DNA from: Nitrosotalea sp.
GTDB lineage: Bacteria; Methylomirabilota; Methylomirabilia; Rokubacteriales; CSP1-6
Assembly (NCBI GenBank): GCA_035519555.1
Contig: DATIWG010000051.1
Span: forward strand, 130,520-194,519
DNA: 64,000 nt
Reading direction: 5' to 3'
The notes beneath the pieces are model-generated. The model saw only the letters and a list, made by a program, of their open reading frames with translations. It ran no database searches and had not been told where the DNA came from. This document shows positions 10,285 to 18,222 of the stretch, in pieces (the first letter of the stretch is position 1; the number at the start of each line of letters is the position of its first letter). The position numbers and the translations under genes were made by a program.

Positions 10285-10736
10285 CCTTCACGCGCGAGTA
10301 CCCGGATGCCCCGCGGGTCGGCGTGGGCGCGGTGATCCTCGACGGAGACCGCGTGCTCCTGGTCAAGCGCGGGCAGCCGCCGTCCCAGGGGAAGTGGAGC
10401 ATCCCGGGCGGCCTCGTGCATCTGGGCGAGCGCATCGAGGACGCGGTGCGCCGGGAGGTCATGGAGGAGTGCGGCGTGCCGGTGCGCCTGCTCGGCCTCT
10501 GCGGGGTCATCGACCGGGTCCGGCTCGCGCCGGCCAGCGGGTCCGAGCCGGCGCGCGTGCACTATCACTATGTGATCATCGATTACGTCGCCGCCATGGA
10601 GGCGGGCTCGCCCCGGGCTGGCAGCGACGCCGCCGAGGTACGCTGGGTGCCGATCGCGGAGCTCGACCGCTACGACACGACCGACGGGCTCGCGGACATG
10701 GTGCACCGCGCCGTGGGCGTCTGTCAGGGAGGATGA
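10281..10736 (+). CDS. NUDIX hydrolase
   Basis: ATG at 10281 overlaps the upstream stop (ATGA). The Nudix box is GKWSIPGGLVHLGERIEDAVRREVMEECGV. Confidence 0.85.
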   Translation: MTFTREYPDAPRVGVGAVILDGDRVLLVKRGQPPSQGKWSIPGGLVHLGERIEDAVRREVMEECGVPVRLLGLCGVIDRVRLAPASGSEPARVHYHYVIIDYVAAMEAGSPRAGSDAAEVRWVPIAELDRYDTTDGLADMVHRAVGVCQGG

Positions 10737-10741
10737 GGGAG

Positions 10742-12268
10742 ATGGATCTGGCGCTGGAGACCCGGAAGCCCACGCAAGCGCGCGCGGACGTGCTGGTGCT
10801 GGGCCGGTACGCGGACGGCAGTCGACCGCACGCCGAGATCGTCGCGGTGGATAGGGCCCTGGACGGCCTGCTCTCCCGGGTGCTCGCGAGCGAGAAGTTC
10901 GAAGCGAAGCCGGGTCAGATCTCCTACTTCCACAGCGGAGGCAAGCTGCCCGCCGAGCGAGTCCTCGTGGTGGGGCTCGGCCCGCACCGGCGGGGCGGGC
11001 CGGCCATCACGAGGACCCACGCCGACGCCGAGTCCGTACGCCGAGCCGCCTCGGCGGCGGTGCGCCGCGCGCGGGATCTGGGCGCGGCCACCATCGCGGT
11101 GTTCATGCCGCCGGACGGGCTCTCGCCGCGCGAGCGCGCGCAAGCCGTGGTGGAAGGCGCGCTGCTGGGCACCTACCGCTTCGACAAATACCTGAAGGAG
11201 AAGAACGGCAAGGTCGTCCGCTCGCTCACCGTGCTCGAGCCGGACCGCCGCGGCGTGGCCGGCGCGCGGGAGGGGCTGCGGCTCGGTCGCATCTGGGCGG
11301 AGGCCGCCTGCCTGACCCGCGATCTGGTCAACGAGCCGGCGAACGTGGTGACGCCGACGTTCCTCGCGCGCCACGCCAGCGAGATCGCCCAGGAAGGCGG
11401 GCTCGGGCTGAAGATCCTGGAGCGCGCCGACTGCGCCAAGATGGGCATGGGAGCCTACGTCGGGGTGGCCCAGGGCAGCGAGGAGCCACCCAAGTTCATC
11501 CACCTCACATACACGCCCAAGGGCCGCGCGCGCCGGCGGGTCGCGATCATCGGCAAGGGCATCACCTTCGACTCGGGCGGGCTCGACCTCAAGACGGCCG
11601 ACGGCATGCTGCGGATGAAGGACGACATGGCGGGTGCCGCCGCGGTGCTCGGTCTCTTCCAGGCGCTCCCGCGGCTCAAGCCGCCGGTCGAGGTGCACGG
11701 GCTGATCGCGGCGACCGAGAACATGCCGTCGGGGACCGCGCAGCGGCCGGGCGACATCGTGCGGGCGATGAACGGGCTCACCGTCGAGATCGGCAACACC
11801 GACGCGGAGGGGCGGCTCACCCTCGCCGACGCGCTGTCCTACGCGGTGAAGCACATCGAGCCCGACGAGATGGTCGACATGGCCACGCTGACCGGGGCCG
11901 TGGTCATCGCGCTCGGGCAGGGGCTCTCCGGCGTGATGGCGAGCGACGACGGGCTGGCCGCGCGGGTGCTCAGCGCGGCCGACGCGGCGGGGGAGCGGAT
12001 GTGGCGCCTGCCCCTGCACGAGGAATACAAGGACGGCCTCAAGAGCGACGTGGCCGATCTCAACAACATCTCGAGCCAGCGGGGAGCGGGCGCCATCGTG
12101 GCCGCGCTCTTCATGCGCGAGTTCACGTCGGGGGTGCCGTGGGCCCACCTCGACATCGCGGGCACCGCGTTCACGGAGCGTGAGCTGCCGCTCGGCCCCA
12201 AAGGGGCCACCGGGGTGACGGTGCGCACGCTGCTCGAGTATCTGTCGTCGATGAGCGGGCGGCGGTAG
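10742..12268 (+). CDS. pepA: Leucyl aminopeptidase (M17 family)
   Basis: VNEPANVVTP...KGITFDSGGLDLK...MKDDMAGAAAV...NTDAEGRLTLAD are M17 active-site motifs. I chose the ATG at 10742 because GGAGG lies 9 nt upstream. The alternative ATG at 10733 overlaps the NUDIX stop. Confidence 0.9.
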   Translation: MDLALETRKPTQARADVLVLGRYADGSRPHAEIVAVDRALDGLLSRVLASEKFEAKPGQISYFHSGGKLPAERVLVVGLGPHRRGGPAITRTHADAESVRRAASAAVRRARDLGAATIAVFMPPDGLSPRERAQAVVEGALLGTYRFDKYLKEKNGKVVRSLTVLEPDRRGVAGAREGLRLGRIWAEAACLTRDLVNEPANVVTPTFLARHASEIAQEGGLGLKILERADCAKMGMGAYVGVAQGSEEPPKFIHLTYTPKGRARRRVAIIGKGITFDSGGLDLKTADGMLRMKDDMAGAAAVLGLFQALPRLKPPVEVHGLIAATENMPSGTAQRPGDIVRAMNGLTVEIGNTDAEGRLTLADALSYAVKHIEPDEMVDMATLTGAVVIALGQGLSGVMASDDGLAARVLSAADAAGERMWRLPLHEEYKDGLKSDVADLNNISSQRGAGAIVAALFMREFTSGVPWAHLDIAGTAFTERELPLGPKGATGVTVRTLLEYLSSMSGRR

Positions 12269-12286
12269 GCGGATCAGGGCTGCGCG

Positions 12287-13138
12287 ATGGCGGGCGGCGT
12301 CGACCTCCACACCCACACGGTGGCCTCGGACGGCACCCTGCGGCCGCGCGAGCTCGTGGCGGAAGCGGCGCGCCGCGGCGTCCGCGTGCTGGCGGTCACC
12401 GATCACGACTCCACCGATGGTCTCGCGGAGGCGATCGAGGCGGCGCGCGCGCATCCGCCGCTCACCATCGTGCCGGGCATCGAGATCAACTGCGACGTGG
12501 AGGGGGCCGAGATCCACGTCCTCGGCTACTACATGGACTACGAGGCCGTGTGGTTCCAGGACTTCTGCCGTGCCCAGCGCGCGGAGCGCCGGGCGCGCGT
12601 GCACCGGACCGCCGAGCGGCTCGCCGCGCTCGGTCTCCCGATCGACGTCGAGCGCGTCTTCGCGCTGGTGCAGGAAGGCTCCGCCGGCCGGCCCCACATC
12701 GCCCGGGTCATGCTCGAGCGCGGCTACGTCAAGACGGTGCGCGAGGCCTTCGACAGGTACCTGGCCGCAGGCAAGCCCGCCCACGTGCCCCGCAAGAAGC
12801 TGACCCCCGAGGACGCGGTGCGCCTGCTCCGGCGTGCCGGCGGCGTGCCCGTGTTCGCCCATCCCGGCCTGGCCGACCGCGACGAGCTGATCCCGTCACT
12901 GGTGGCCGCGGGCCTCATGGGGATCGAGTGCTACTACTCGGAGCACTCCCCCGCCCAGCGCGGCGCCTATCTGGATCTCTGCCGCCAGCACGACCTGGTC
13001 GCGACCGGGGGCTCCGACTTCCACGGCCCCCAGGTGCGTGCGGGAGTCCTCGGCATTCCCACCGTGCCTCTGGCGGTGTGGGAGGCGCTGAAGGAGAAGG
13101 CGGCGCAGGCGTGGGCGTCCCGTCCCGATTCGAGGTAA
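12287..13138 (+). CDS. PHP-domain phosphoesterase (TrpH/YciV-like)
   Basis: 283 aa. VDLHTHTVASDGTLRPRELV...LAVTDHDSTDG...GGVPVFAHPG...GGSDFHG are the PHP metal-binding motifs. Confidence 0.85.
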   Translation: MAGGVDLHTHTVASDGTLRPRELVAEAARRGVRVLAVTDHDSTDGLAEAIEAARAHPPLTIVPGIEINCDVEGAEIHVLGYYMDYEAVWFQDFCRAQRAERRARVHRTAERLAALGLPIDVERVFALVQEGSAGRPHIARVMLERGYVKTVREAFDRYLAAGKPAHVPRKKLTPEDAVRLLRRAGGVPVFAHPGLADRDELIPSLVAAGLMGIECYYSEHSPAQRGAYLDLCRQHDLVATGGSDFHGPQVRAGVLGIPTVPLAVWEALKEKAAQAWASRPDSR

Positions 13139-13142
13139 TGCC

Positions 13143-14072
13143 TCAGCCCGAGTAGCTCGGGAACATGCGGGCGAAGATCTCTGGATTGGTGCGGGAGCGC
13201 AAGTAGCTCATCTGCCGGGTCGAGTAGTCCGCGCCGGCGCGAAAGACGATGGCCGCGGTCGCCAGCACGGTGCCGTCCGCCGCCACCAGGGCGGAGTGCG
13301 TGCGCCAGAAGGTGCGCCGGCGATCCACCGGCGTCACCGCCTCGAAGCGCCCGCCCGCGGTCAGCGGGCCCGGGGCCGGCGCGTCCGGACGCAGGAGCGT
13401 GAGGCTGATGCGGTTGGTGAGACCGCCTTCCTTGGTGACGAGCGCCCCGAGCCACCACGCGATCTCGTCGAGGAGGACCGCGGCCAGCGCGGGGTCGAGG
13501 CGGCCCTCAGGCCGGCGCCACGACTCGCGGGGCACGAAGCGCGCCCACACCCCGCGCTGATCGAAGCGCAGACCGAGCCGCAGGCCGAGGGGATTGCGCG
13601 CGCCGCAGGCGAGGCACTGGTCGGAGAGGGGAAGCGCCCAGCCCTCGCGCCCGTTCACCCCGTTGTCCACGAGGTCCCGCGGCGGCGCTTCCGCCTCGAG
13701 ATCGCCACCGCTCTCGCCGGTGGTGATGGTGGCCGAGGTGAGGGGCTGACCGCGCTCGAGGATGGTCACCGCGACCGTGGAGTCCGCGGCATGGCTCTCC
13801 AGGTCGAGCGCGCGTTCGGTCGGCACCGGCGAGGTGAGGCGGCCCTCGAGTCGTCGCGGACGGCCGTCGGTCCCGAGCGGTCGCGACGCCACGTCGAGCA
13901 GGGCCACGAGCCCGCCGCCATGCACGACCCCGGGCCAGCTCTGAAGCGCCGCGGGCGCGAAGAATCGGCCGCGGCCGTCCGGCTGAAGCCGCGCCGCCGC
14001 GGCGAGCACGTCAGAGACGGGCGCCGCCGACGAGCGACCGCGAGACCGCATGCTATACTCGCGTGGATTCAT
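13143..14072 (-). CDS. Tandem hotdog-fold (PaaI-like) thioesterase
   Basis: Only the last 310 codons of the 1011-aa ORF 13143..16178 look real. The first hotdog has WPGVVHGGGLVALLD. The second has CLACGARNPLGLRLGLRF...LDEIAWWLG. The start is ATG 14072, with ATG 14051 as an alternative. Confidence 0.7.
   Translation of the reverse strand: MNPREYSMRSRGRSSAAPVSDVLAAAARLQPDGRGRFFAPAALQSWPGVVHGGGLVALLDVASRPLGTDGRPRRLEGRLTSPVPTERALDLESHAADSTVAVTILERGQPLTSATITTGESGGDLEAEAPPRDLVDNGVNGREGWALPLSDQCLACGARNPLGLRLGLRFDQRGVWARFVPRESWRRPEGRLDPALAAVLLDEIAWWLGALVTKEGGLTNRISLTLLRPDAPAPGPLTAGGRFEAVTPVDRRRTFWRTHSALVAADGTVLATAAIVFRAGADYSTRQMSYLRSRTNPEIFARMFPSYSG
14051..14059 (+). promoter_or_regulatory. Candidate extended -10 promoter element (TGcTATACT) for the MFS gene
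   Basis: TGCTATACT lies about 59 nt upstream of the GTG at 14118, in the divergent region between the thioesterase and the MFS gene. The same TGnTAYACT pattern recurs at 19871 and 50264. Confidence 0.35.
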
Positions 14073-14117
14073 GCCGCCGGCCATTCTACTGTCGCCGTCG
14101 ACTCGACCGCAACGCGC

Positions 14118-15329
14118 GTGACCAGTCCCGCCCTCGAGCTCCTGACGCACGGTCCGTTTGCTCGGATCATGCTCACGAACTTCTTCTTCTTCGGGGCCCT
14201 CAACGGGTTCCTGCTGCTCCCCCTGTACATTCACCGGCTCGGGGGTGACGAGGCGGACATCGGGCTGGTGCAGGGCCTCTACAGCGCGGCCGGCATCGTG
14301 TGCCAGCCGGTGGTGGGCGCCCTCATCGACTACCTCGGGCGGCGCTTCTTCATGCGCCTCGGCACGGTGCTGCTCGTGGTCTCCTGCGCGCTGTTCGTGG
14401 TCTCGAGCCCGCTCCCGCTGCTGGGGGGGCTCCGCGTGCTGCAGGGCGTGGCCTTCTCCGTCTTCTTCGTGGCGAACTACGTCCACGTCGTCGAGATGGT
14501 GCCGGCGGAGCGGCGGGGGTGGGCGCTCGGGATCTTCGGGCTCTCGGGTCTGGTGTCCACGTCGCTGGCCCCGCTCTTCGGCGAGTTCATGATCCGCCGC
14601 TTCGGCTTCCCTGCGTTCTTCGCGACGGCCGGCGTGATCGCGGCCGCCGCCGCGGTGGCGTCGTGGAACGTGAGGGACGTGCGGCCGCCCGCCCTCGGCG
14701 CCCGCCCCGGCCTGCACGTCATCCAGGAGGGCCTGCTCGAGCTGCGGCACATGCACATGCTGCTCGGGTTCTTCTTCGGGCTGGGCACCGGCACCATCTT
14801 CACGTTCCTGCCCACCTTCGGCGAGGTGCTCGGGGTCGCCAGCGTCGGCCTCTTCTACACCGCCTACGCGGTCGCGGCCATGCTGGTGCGGGTGGCCGGC
14901 GGGAACCTGATCGACGTACGCGGCCGACGGGCCGTGATCATCCCGTGCATGTTCGTGCAGGCCGCGGCCACCGCCATCATCGCGATCGTGGCGCTCCTGT
15001 TCAGGCCCGCCCTCGGGTTGCCGGTGCTGCCGTTCCTCTTCCTCGCCGGGTTCCTGGCCGGGGCCGCCCACGGCTTCCTGTACCCCGCGATGTCCGCGCT
15101 GCTCATGGACGTGACACCGGAGCGCCGCCGCGGCAGCGCGGTGGGCATCTTCAGCTCGGTCATCCTCGTCGGCAACACGACCGGCGCCATCGCCTTCGGC
15201 TTCGTGGCGCACGGCCTCGGCTACTCCGTGATGTGGGCCGCGCTCACCCTGCTCCTGCTGACCGGCTCGCTGCTGAGCACCCGCCTGCGCGTGGGCTACG
15301 CGTCGGCCGCCCCCGTGCCGGCCTCCTGA
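14118..15329 (+). CDS. MFS transporter
   Basis: In-frame GTG at 14118 of ORF 13296..15329. About 12 hydrophobic segments. FARIMLTNFFFFGALNGF...GALIDYLGRRFFM is the MFS loop 2-3 motif. The upstream part of the ORF is Arg-rich nonsense. Confidence 0.8.
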   Translation: MTSPALELLTHGPFARIMLTNFFFFGALNGFLLLPLYIHRLGGDEADIGLVQGLYSAAGIVCQPVVGALIDYLGRRFFMRLGTVLLVVSCALFVVSSPLPLLGGLRVLQGVAFSVFFVANYVHVVEMVPAERRGWALGIFGLSGLVSTSLAPLFGEFMIRRFGFPAFFATAGVIAAAAAVASWNVRDVRPPALGARPGLHVIQEGLLELRHMHMLLGFFFGLGTGTIFTFLPTFGEVLGVASVGLFYTAYAVAAMLVRVAGGNLIDVRGRRAVIIPCMFVQAAATAIIAIVALLFRPALGLPVLPFLFLAGFLAGAAHGFLYPAMSALLMDVTPERRRGSAVGIFSSVILVGNTTGAIAFGFVAHGLGYSVMWAALTLLLLTGSLLSTRLRVGYASAAPVPAS

Positions 15330-15341
15330 CCCGCCGCGCGG

Positions 15342-15370
15342 TTGACACGTCCGGGGCGCGGGCCGATACT
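15342..15370 (+). promoter_or_regulatory. Sigma-70-type promoter: TTGACA, 17-nt spacer, GATACT
   Basis: TTGACA at 15342-15347 and GATACT at 15365-15370. A GGAGG Shine-Dalgarno sequence and the ATG at 15402 follow. Confidence 0.5.
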
Positions 15371-15401
15371 GCTCGCACGTCGCGCCCGGGGAGGTTCGCC
15401 C

Positions 15402-15941
15402 ATGATCAGACTTCGTCGATTCAGTGGCCTCGTGCTGGTGCCCGCACTCGGTATCCTGCTCGCGGGCGCGCGGAACCCGGGTGAGGTCGCGACGCCCAGG
15501 GTGGGCAGCCCGCGAGAGGTCAGCGTGGTCGGCGTCTTCAGCGATCCGCGGGGCCAGCACGGAGTGCTGCTCGAGAGCAAGGGCGACAAGCGGCGCGTGC
15601 TCATGGTGATCGGCGCCGCGGAGGCGACCGCGATCGCGGTCCCGCTCGAGAACATCACCCCGCCGCGGCCGCTCACCCACGACCTGTTCCTGACCCTGTT
15701 CGGACGGCTCAAGGTCTCGGTGTCGAAGGTCGTGATCACCGACCTGCGCAACGACACCTACTACGCGACGCTGTACCTCACGGCGGACGGCGCGCCGATG
15801 GAGCTGGACTCCCGTCCGTCCGACGCGATCGCGATCGCGATCCGGGCCAAGGCGCCGGTCTTCGCGGAGGAGCGCGTGTTCGACAAGGCCGAGCGCGTGC
15901 CGGGCGGACCGGCAGGGCCGGGGCCGGGGGAGAGGATCTAG
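15402..15941 (+). CDS. Bifunctional nuclease (BFN/DUF151) domain protein with a hydrophobic N-terminus
   Basis: The ATG at 15402 follows GGAGG. VVGVFSDPRGQHGVLLESKGDKRRVLMVIGAAEATAIAV...PRPLTHDLF...YYATLYL...DSRPSDAIAIAIRAKAPVF matches the DUF151 pattern. The N-terminus MIRLRRFSGLVLVPALGILLAGA looks like a signal or anchor sequence. Confidence 0.75.
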   Translation: MIRLRRFSGLVLVPALGILLAGARNPGEVATPRVGSPREVSVVGVFSDPRGQHGVLLESKGDKRRVLMVIGAAEATAIAVPLENITPPRPLTHDLFLTLFGRLKVSVSKVVITDLRNDTYYATLYLTADGAPMELDSRPSDAIAIAIRAKAPVFAEERVFDKAERVPGGPAGPGPGERI

Positions 15942-15945
15942 CCGC

Positions 15946-16923
15946 GTGGCTCCCGACTTTCCGCGCGATGGGACGCCGCTCGCCCTGCCCCCCGACGTCG
16001 AGGGGCAACAGTGGGCAATCCAGCGGCGTCTCGGCGAGATCTTCAGCAAGCTCGGGGAGAAGCTCGCCGAGCTGACCGGGCGTGTCGACGTGCAGGTCAA
16101 GCCGCAGACGTCCTTCACCGACATCGGCGGGCTGGCCGAAGCCAAGAGCCTCGTGCGGAGCTTCGTCACTGCGCTCACCGATCCCGAGCTCTACCGGAAG
16201 TGGGGGATCACTCCGCCCAAGGGCATGCTGATCTACGGCCCGCCCGGGACCGGCAAGACCCTGCTGGCCCGGGCGCTCGCCACCGAGGCGGGGGCGGTCT
16301 TCTATCATCTGAAGCTCGGCACCCTCACGTCCAAGTTCGGGCCGAACACCGGCGAGCTCCTGCAGGAGGTGCTCGGCCTGGCCAAGGAGCAGGGCAAGGG
16401 CGTGGTGCTGCTCGACCAGGCCGACGCGCTCGCGCTGGAGCAACTGCTGCCGCCGGCCCAGGCCCGCGAGGCGGGCGCGCGCATCGTGGCCGCGCTGTGC
16501 GAGAAGATCGACACTCTCGACGATTTCTCGCGGCTCGTCATCGTCGCGGCCACCGCGCGCACCGACTCGGTGGATCCTTCGCTGGTGGCGCCGGGCCGGC
16601 TCGATCACCTGGTCGAGGTGCCGCTGCCCGACGCGGCGGCCCAGCAGCAGATCCTGGCCCTCGCGCGTGGCCGGGCCGAGCACAACGCGGGCCGGCCGCT
16701 CGTGGCCGAGCTCGACTATCGCCTGCTCTTGCCGCCGATGGGCGGCATGAGCGGCGGCGAGATCCGCGACATCCTGCGCCGCGCGCTGGAGGACAAGGTC
16801 CACGCGGCCGGCCAGGGGCAGGAGGCCGCGCTGGTGACGACCCAGGACCTCCTCCGGCAGGTGGACGTCTACCGACGCATCCGCGCCGTCGTCGAGAAGA
16901 TTCGTTACGGACAGTACCTCTAG
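15946..16923 (+). CDS. Classic-clade AAA+ ATPase with degenerate catalytic residues
   Basis: Walker A is GPPGTGKT. Walker B is VVLLDQAD, with Gln at 16417-16419 where Glu is expected. The SRH region reads [31 protein letters not shown], compared with the canonical ATNRPD..RPGRFD. Confidence 0.85.
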   Translation: MAPDFPRDGTPLALPPDVEGQQWAIQRRLGEIFSKLGEKLAELTGRVDVQVKPQTSFTDIGGLAEAKSLVRSFVTALTDPELYRKWGITPPKGMLIYGPPGTGKTLLARALATEAGAVFYHLKLGTLTSKFGPNTGELLQEVLGLAKEQGKGVVLLDQADALALEQLLPPAQAREAGARIVAALCEKIDTLDDFSRLVIVAATARTDSVDPSLVAPGRLDHLVEVPLPDAAAQQQILALARGRAEHNAGRPLVAELDYRLLLPPMGGMSGGEIRDILRRALEDKVHAAGQGQEAALVTTQDLLRQVDVYRRIRAVVEKIRYGQYL

Positions 16924-16942
16924 CCCGCAGCGAGGAGAACGC

Positions 16943-17686
16943 ATGCGTGCACATCGGACCTCGTGGTGGCGGTCGTCCACGCTCGCGGTGGCCGCCGCGC
17001 TTGTCCTGTTCTCGAGCCCGGCGGGCGCGCAGCTCGACCAGCTCCTGAAGGGCCTGGGCGGCTCCGGCGCGCTGGGGTCGGGGCTGTCCGACGCCAAGAT
17101 CGGCGCCGGGCTCAAGGAGGCGCTGCAGGTGGCCACCGAGAAGACGGTGAGCCTCACCGGCAAGACCGACGGCTACTTCACCAACCAGGCGATCAAGATC
17201 CTGATGCCGCAGAAGCTGCGGACGTTCGAGAGCGGGTTGCGCGCGGTGGGCTACGGCGGGCAGATCGACGAGCTGGTACTCGGGATGAACCGCGCGGCGG
17301 AGAAGGCGGCGCCCCAGGCCAAGCAGATCTTCTTCGACGCGATCGGCGAGATGAGCTTCGACGACGCGCGCAAGATCCTCAACGGCGGAGACACCGCGGC
17401 CACCGACTACTTCAAGGTCAAGACCACCCCGAAGCTGACCACCGCGTTCCGGCCGGTCGTCGAGCAGTCCATGAGCCAGGTGGGGGTGAGCCGTCAGTAC
17501 AAGGAGCTCGTTGCGCGCTTCGATGCGATCCCGTTTGCGAAGTCGCAGGCCTTCGACCTCGACGGCTACGTGGTCGACAAGGGGCTCAGCGGCCTCTTCG
17601 TCGTGCTCGGCGAGCAGGAGAAGCAGATCCGCACCAACCCCACTGCCCGGGCCACCGACCTCCTCAAGGAAGTCTTCAAGCGCTAG
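16943..17686 (+). CDS. DUF4197-family secreted protein
   Basis: The signal peptide ends ...[50 protein letters not shown] and a repeated helical pattern are typical of DUF4197. Confidence 0.75.
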   Translation: MRAHRTSWWRSSTLAVAAALVLFSSPAGAQLDQLLKGLGGSGALGSGLSDAKIGAGLKEALQVATEKTVSLTGKTDGYFTNQAIKILMPQKLRTFESGLRAVGYGGQIDELVLGMNRAAEKAAPQAKQIFFDAIGEMSFDDARKILNGGDTAATDYFKVKTTPKLTTAFRPVVEQSMSQVGVSRQYKELVARFDAIPFAKSQAFDLDGYVVDKGLSGLFVVLGEQEKQIRTNPTARATDLLKEVFKR

Positions 17687-17689
17687 CCC

Positions 17690-17773
17690 GGGGTCAGGTC
17701 TTGCATTCCGACATTTTCCTGGCCAGAGGCCAGGCAGAGCGTCGAGAAATGTCGGAATGCAAGACCTGACCCC
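17690..17773. repeat. 27-bp perfect inverted repeat with a nested inner hairpin (REP/MITE-like element or a very strong terminator)
   Basis: GGGGTCAGGTCTTGCATTCCGACATTT (17690-17716) is the exact reverse complement of 17747-17773. The 30-nt loop contains a second hairpin, CCTGGCC-AGA-GGCCAGG (17718-17734). The element starts 4 nt after the TAG stop at 17684-17686. Confidence 0.9.
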
Positions 17774-17799
17774 AACTGGTACCATGGCGGCGCGCTTCG

Positions 17800-18222
17800 A
17801 TGCCATCGGTCACTCGCGTGCGCGTCCGCTACAAGGACACCGACACGATGTCGGTCGTCTACTACGGGAACTACCTCACCTATTTCGAGGTCGGTCGCGT
17901 CGAGTACCTTCGCGAGTACGGCTGGCCGATGTCGCGCGTGAACGAGCGTGTACACCTGCCGGTGGTCGAGGCGTTCGTGAAGTACGTCAAGCCGGCCCGC
18001 CTCGACGATCTGCTCGAGATCATCTCACGGGTGAGTGAGCGCCGGCGCGCGAGCTTCCGCTTCACCTACGAGATCCGCAACGAAGCGAACGAGCTGGTGG
18101 CCACCGGGCACACCCTGCACGCCTGCTGGAATCCGGCCACCGCCCAGATGATTCCCATCCCCGACTGGCTGAAGGAGATCATGCCCGATGCCGACCTCGA
18201 CCCCGTCGCGACCCGTCGCTGA
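17800..18222 (+). CDS. Acyl-CoA thioesterase, YbgC/4HBT family
   Basis: 140 aa. VRVRYKDTDTMSVVYYGNYLTYFEVGRVEYLRE is the YbgC/FadM-type catalytic-Asp motif. Confidence 0.85.
   Translation: MPSVTRVRVRYKDTDTMSVVYYGNYLTYFEVGRVEYLREYGWPMSRVNERVHLPVVEAFVKYVKPARLDDLLEIISRVSERRRASFRFTYEIRNEANELVATGHTLHACWNPATAQMIPIPDWLKEIMPDADLDPVATRR

Noticed and set aside
10724-12862. 712-aa minus-strand ORF
   Set aside because: It is antisense to pepA and the PHP gene, both of which have unmistakable family motifs. Its translation is Arg/Gly/His-rich with no motifs.
13143-16178. 1011-aa minus-strand ORF, the longest in the track
   Set aside because: Only the last 310 codons (13143-14072) have a protein-like sequence (tandem hotdog thioesterase). 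The rest is Arg/Gly/Pro/His-rich low-complexity sequence. It is antisense to well-supported MFS, DUF151 and AAA genes, which is the typical GC-driven shadow-ORF pattern.
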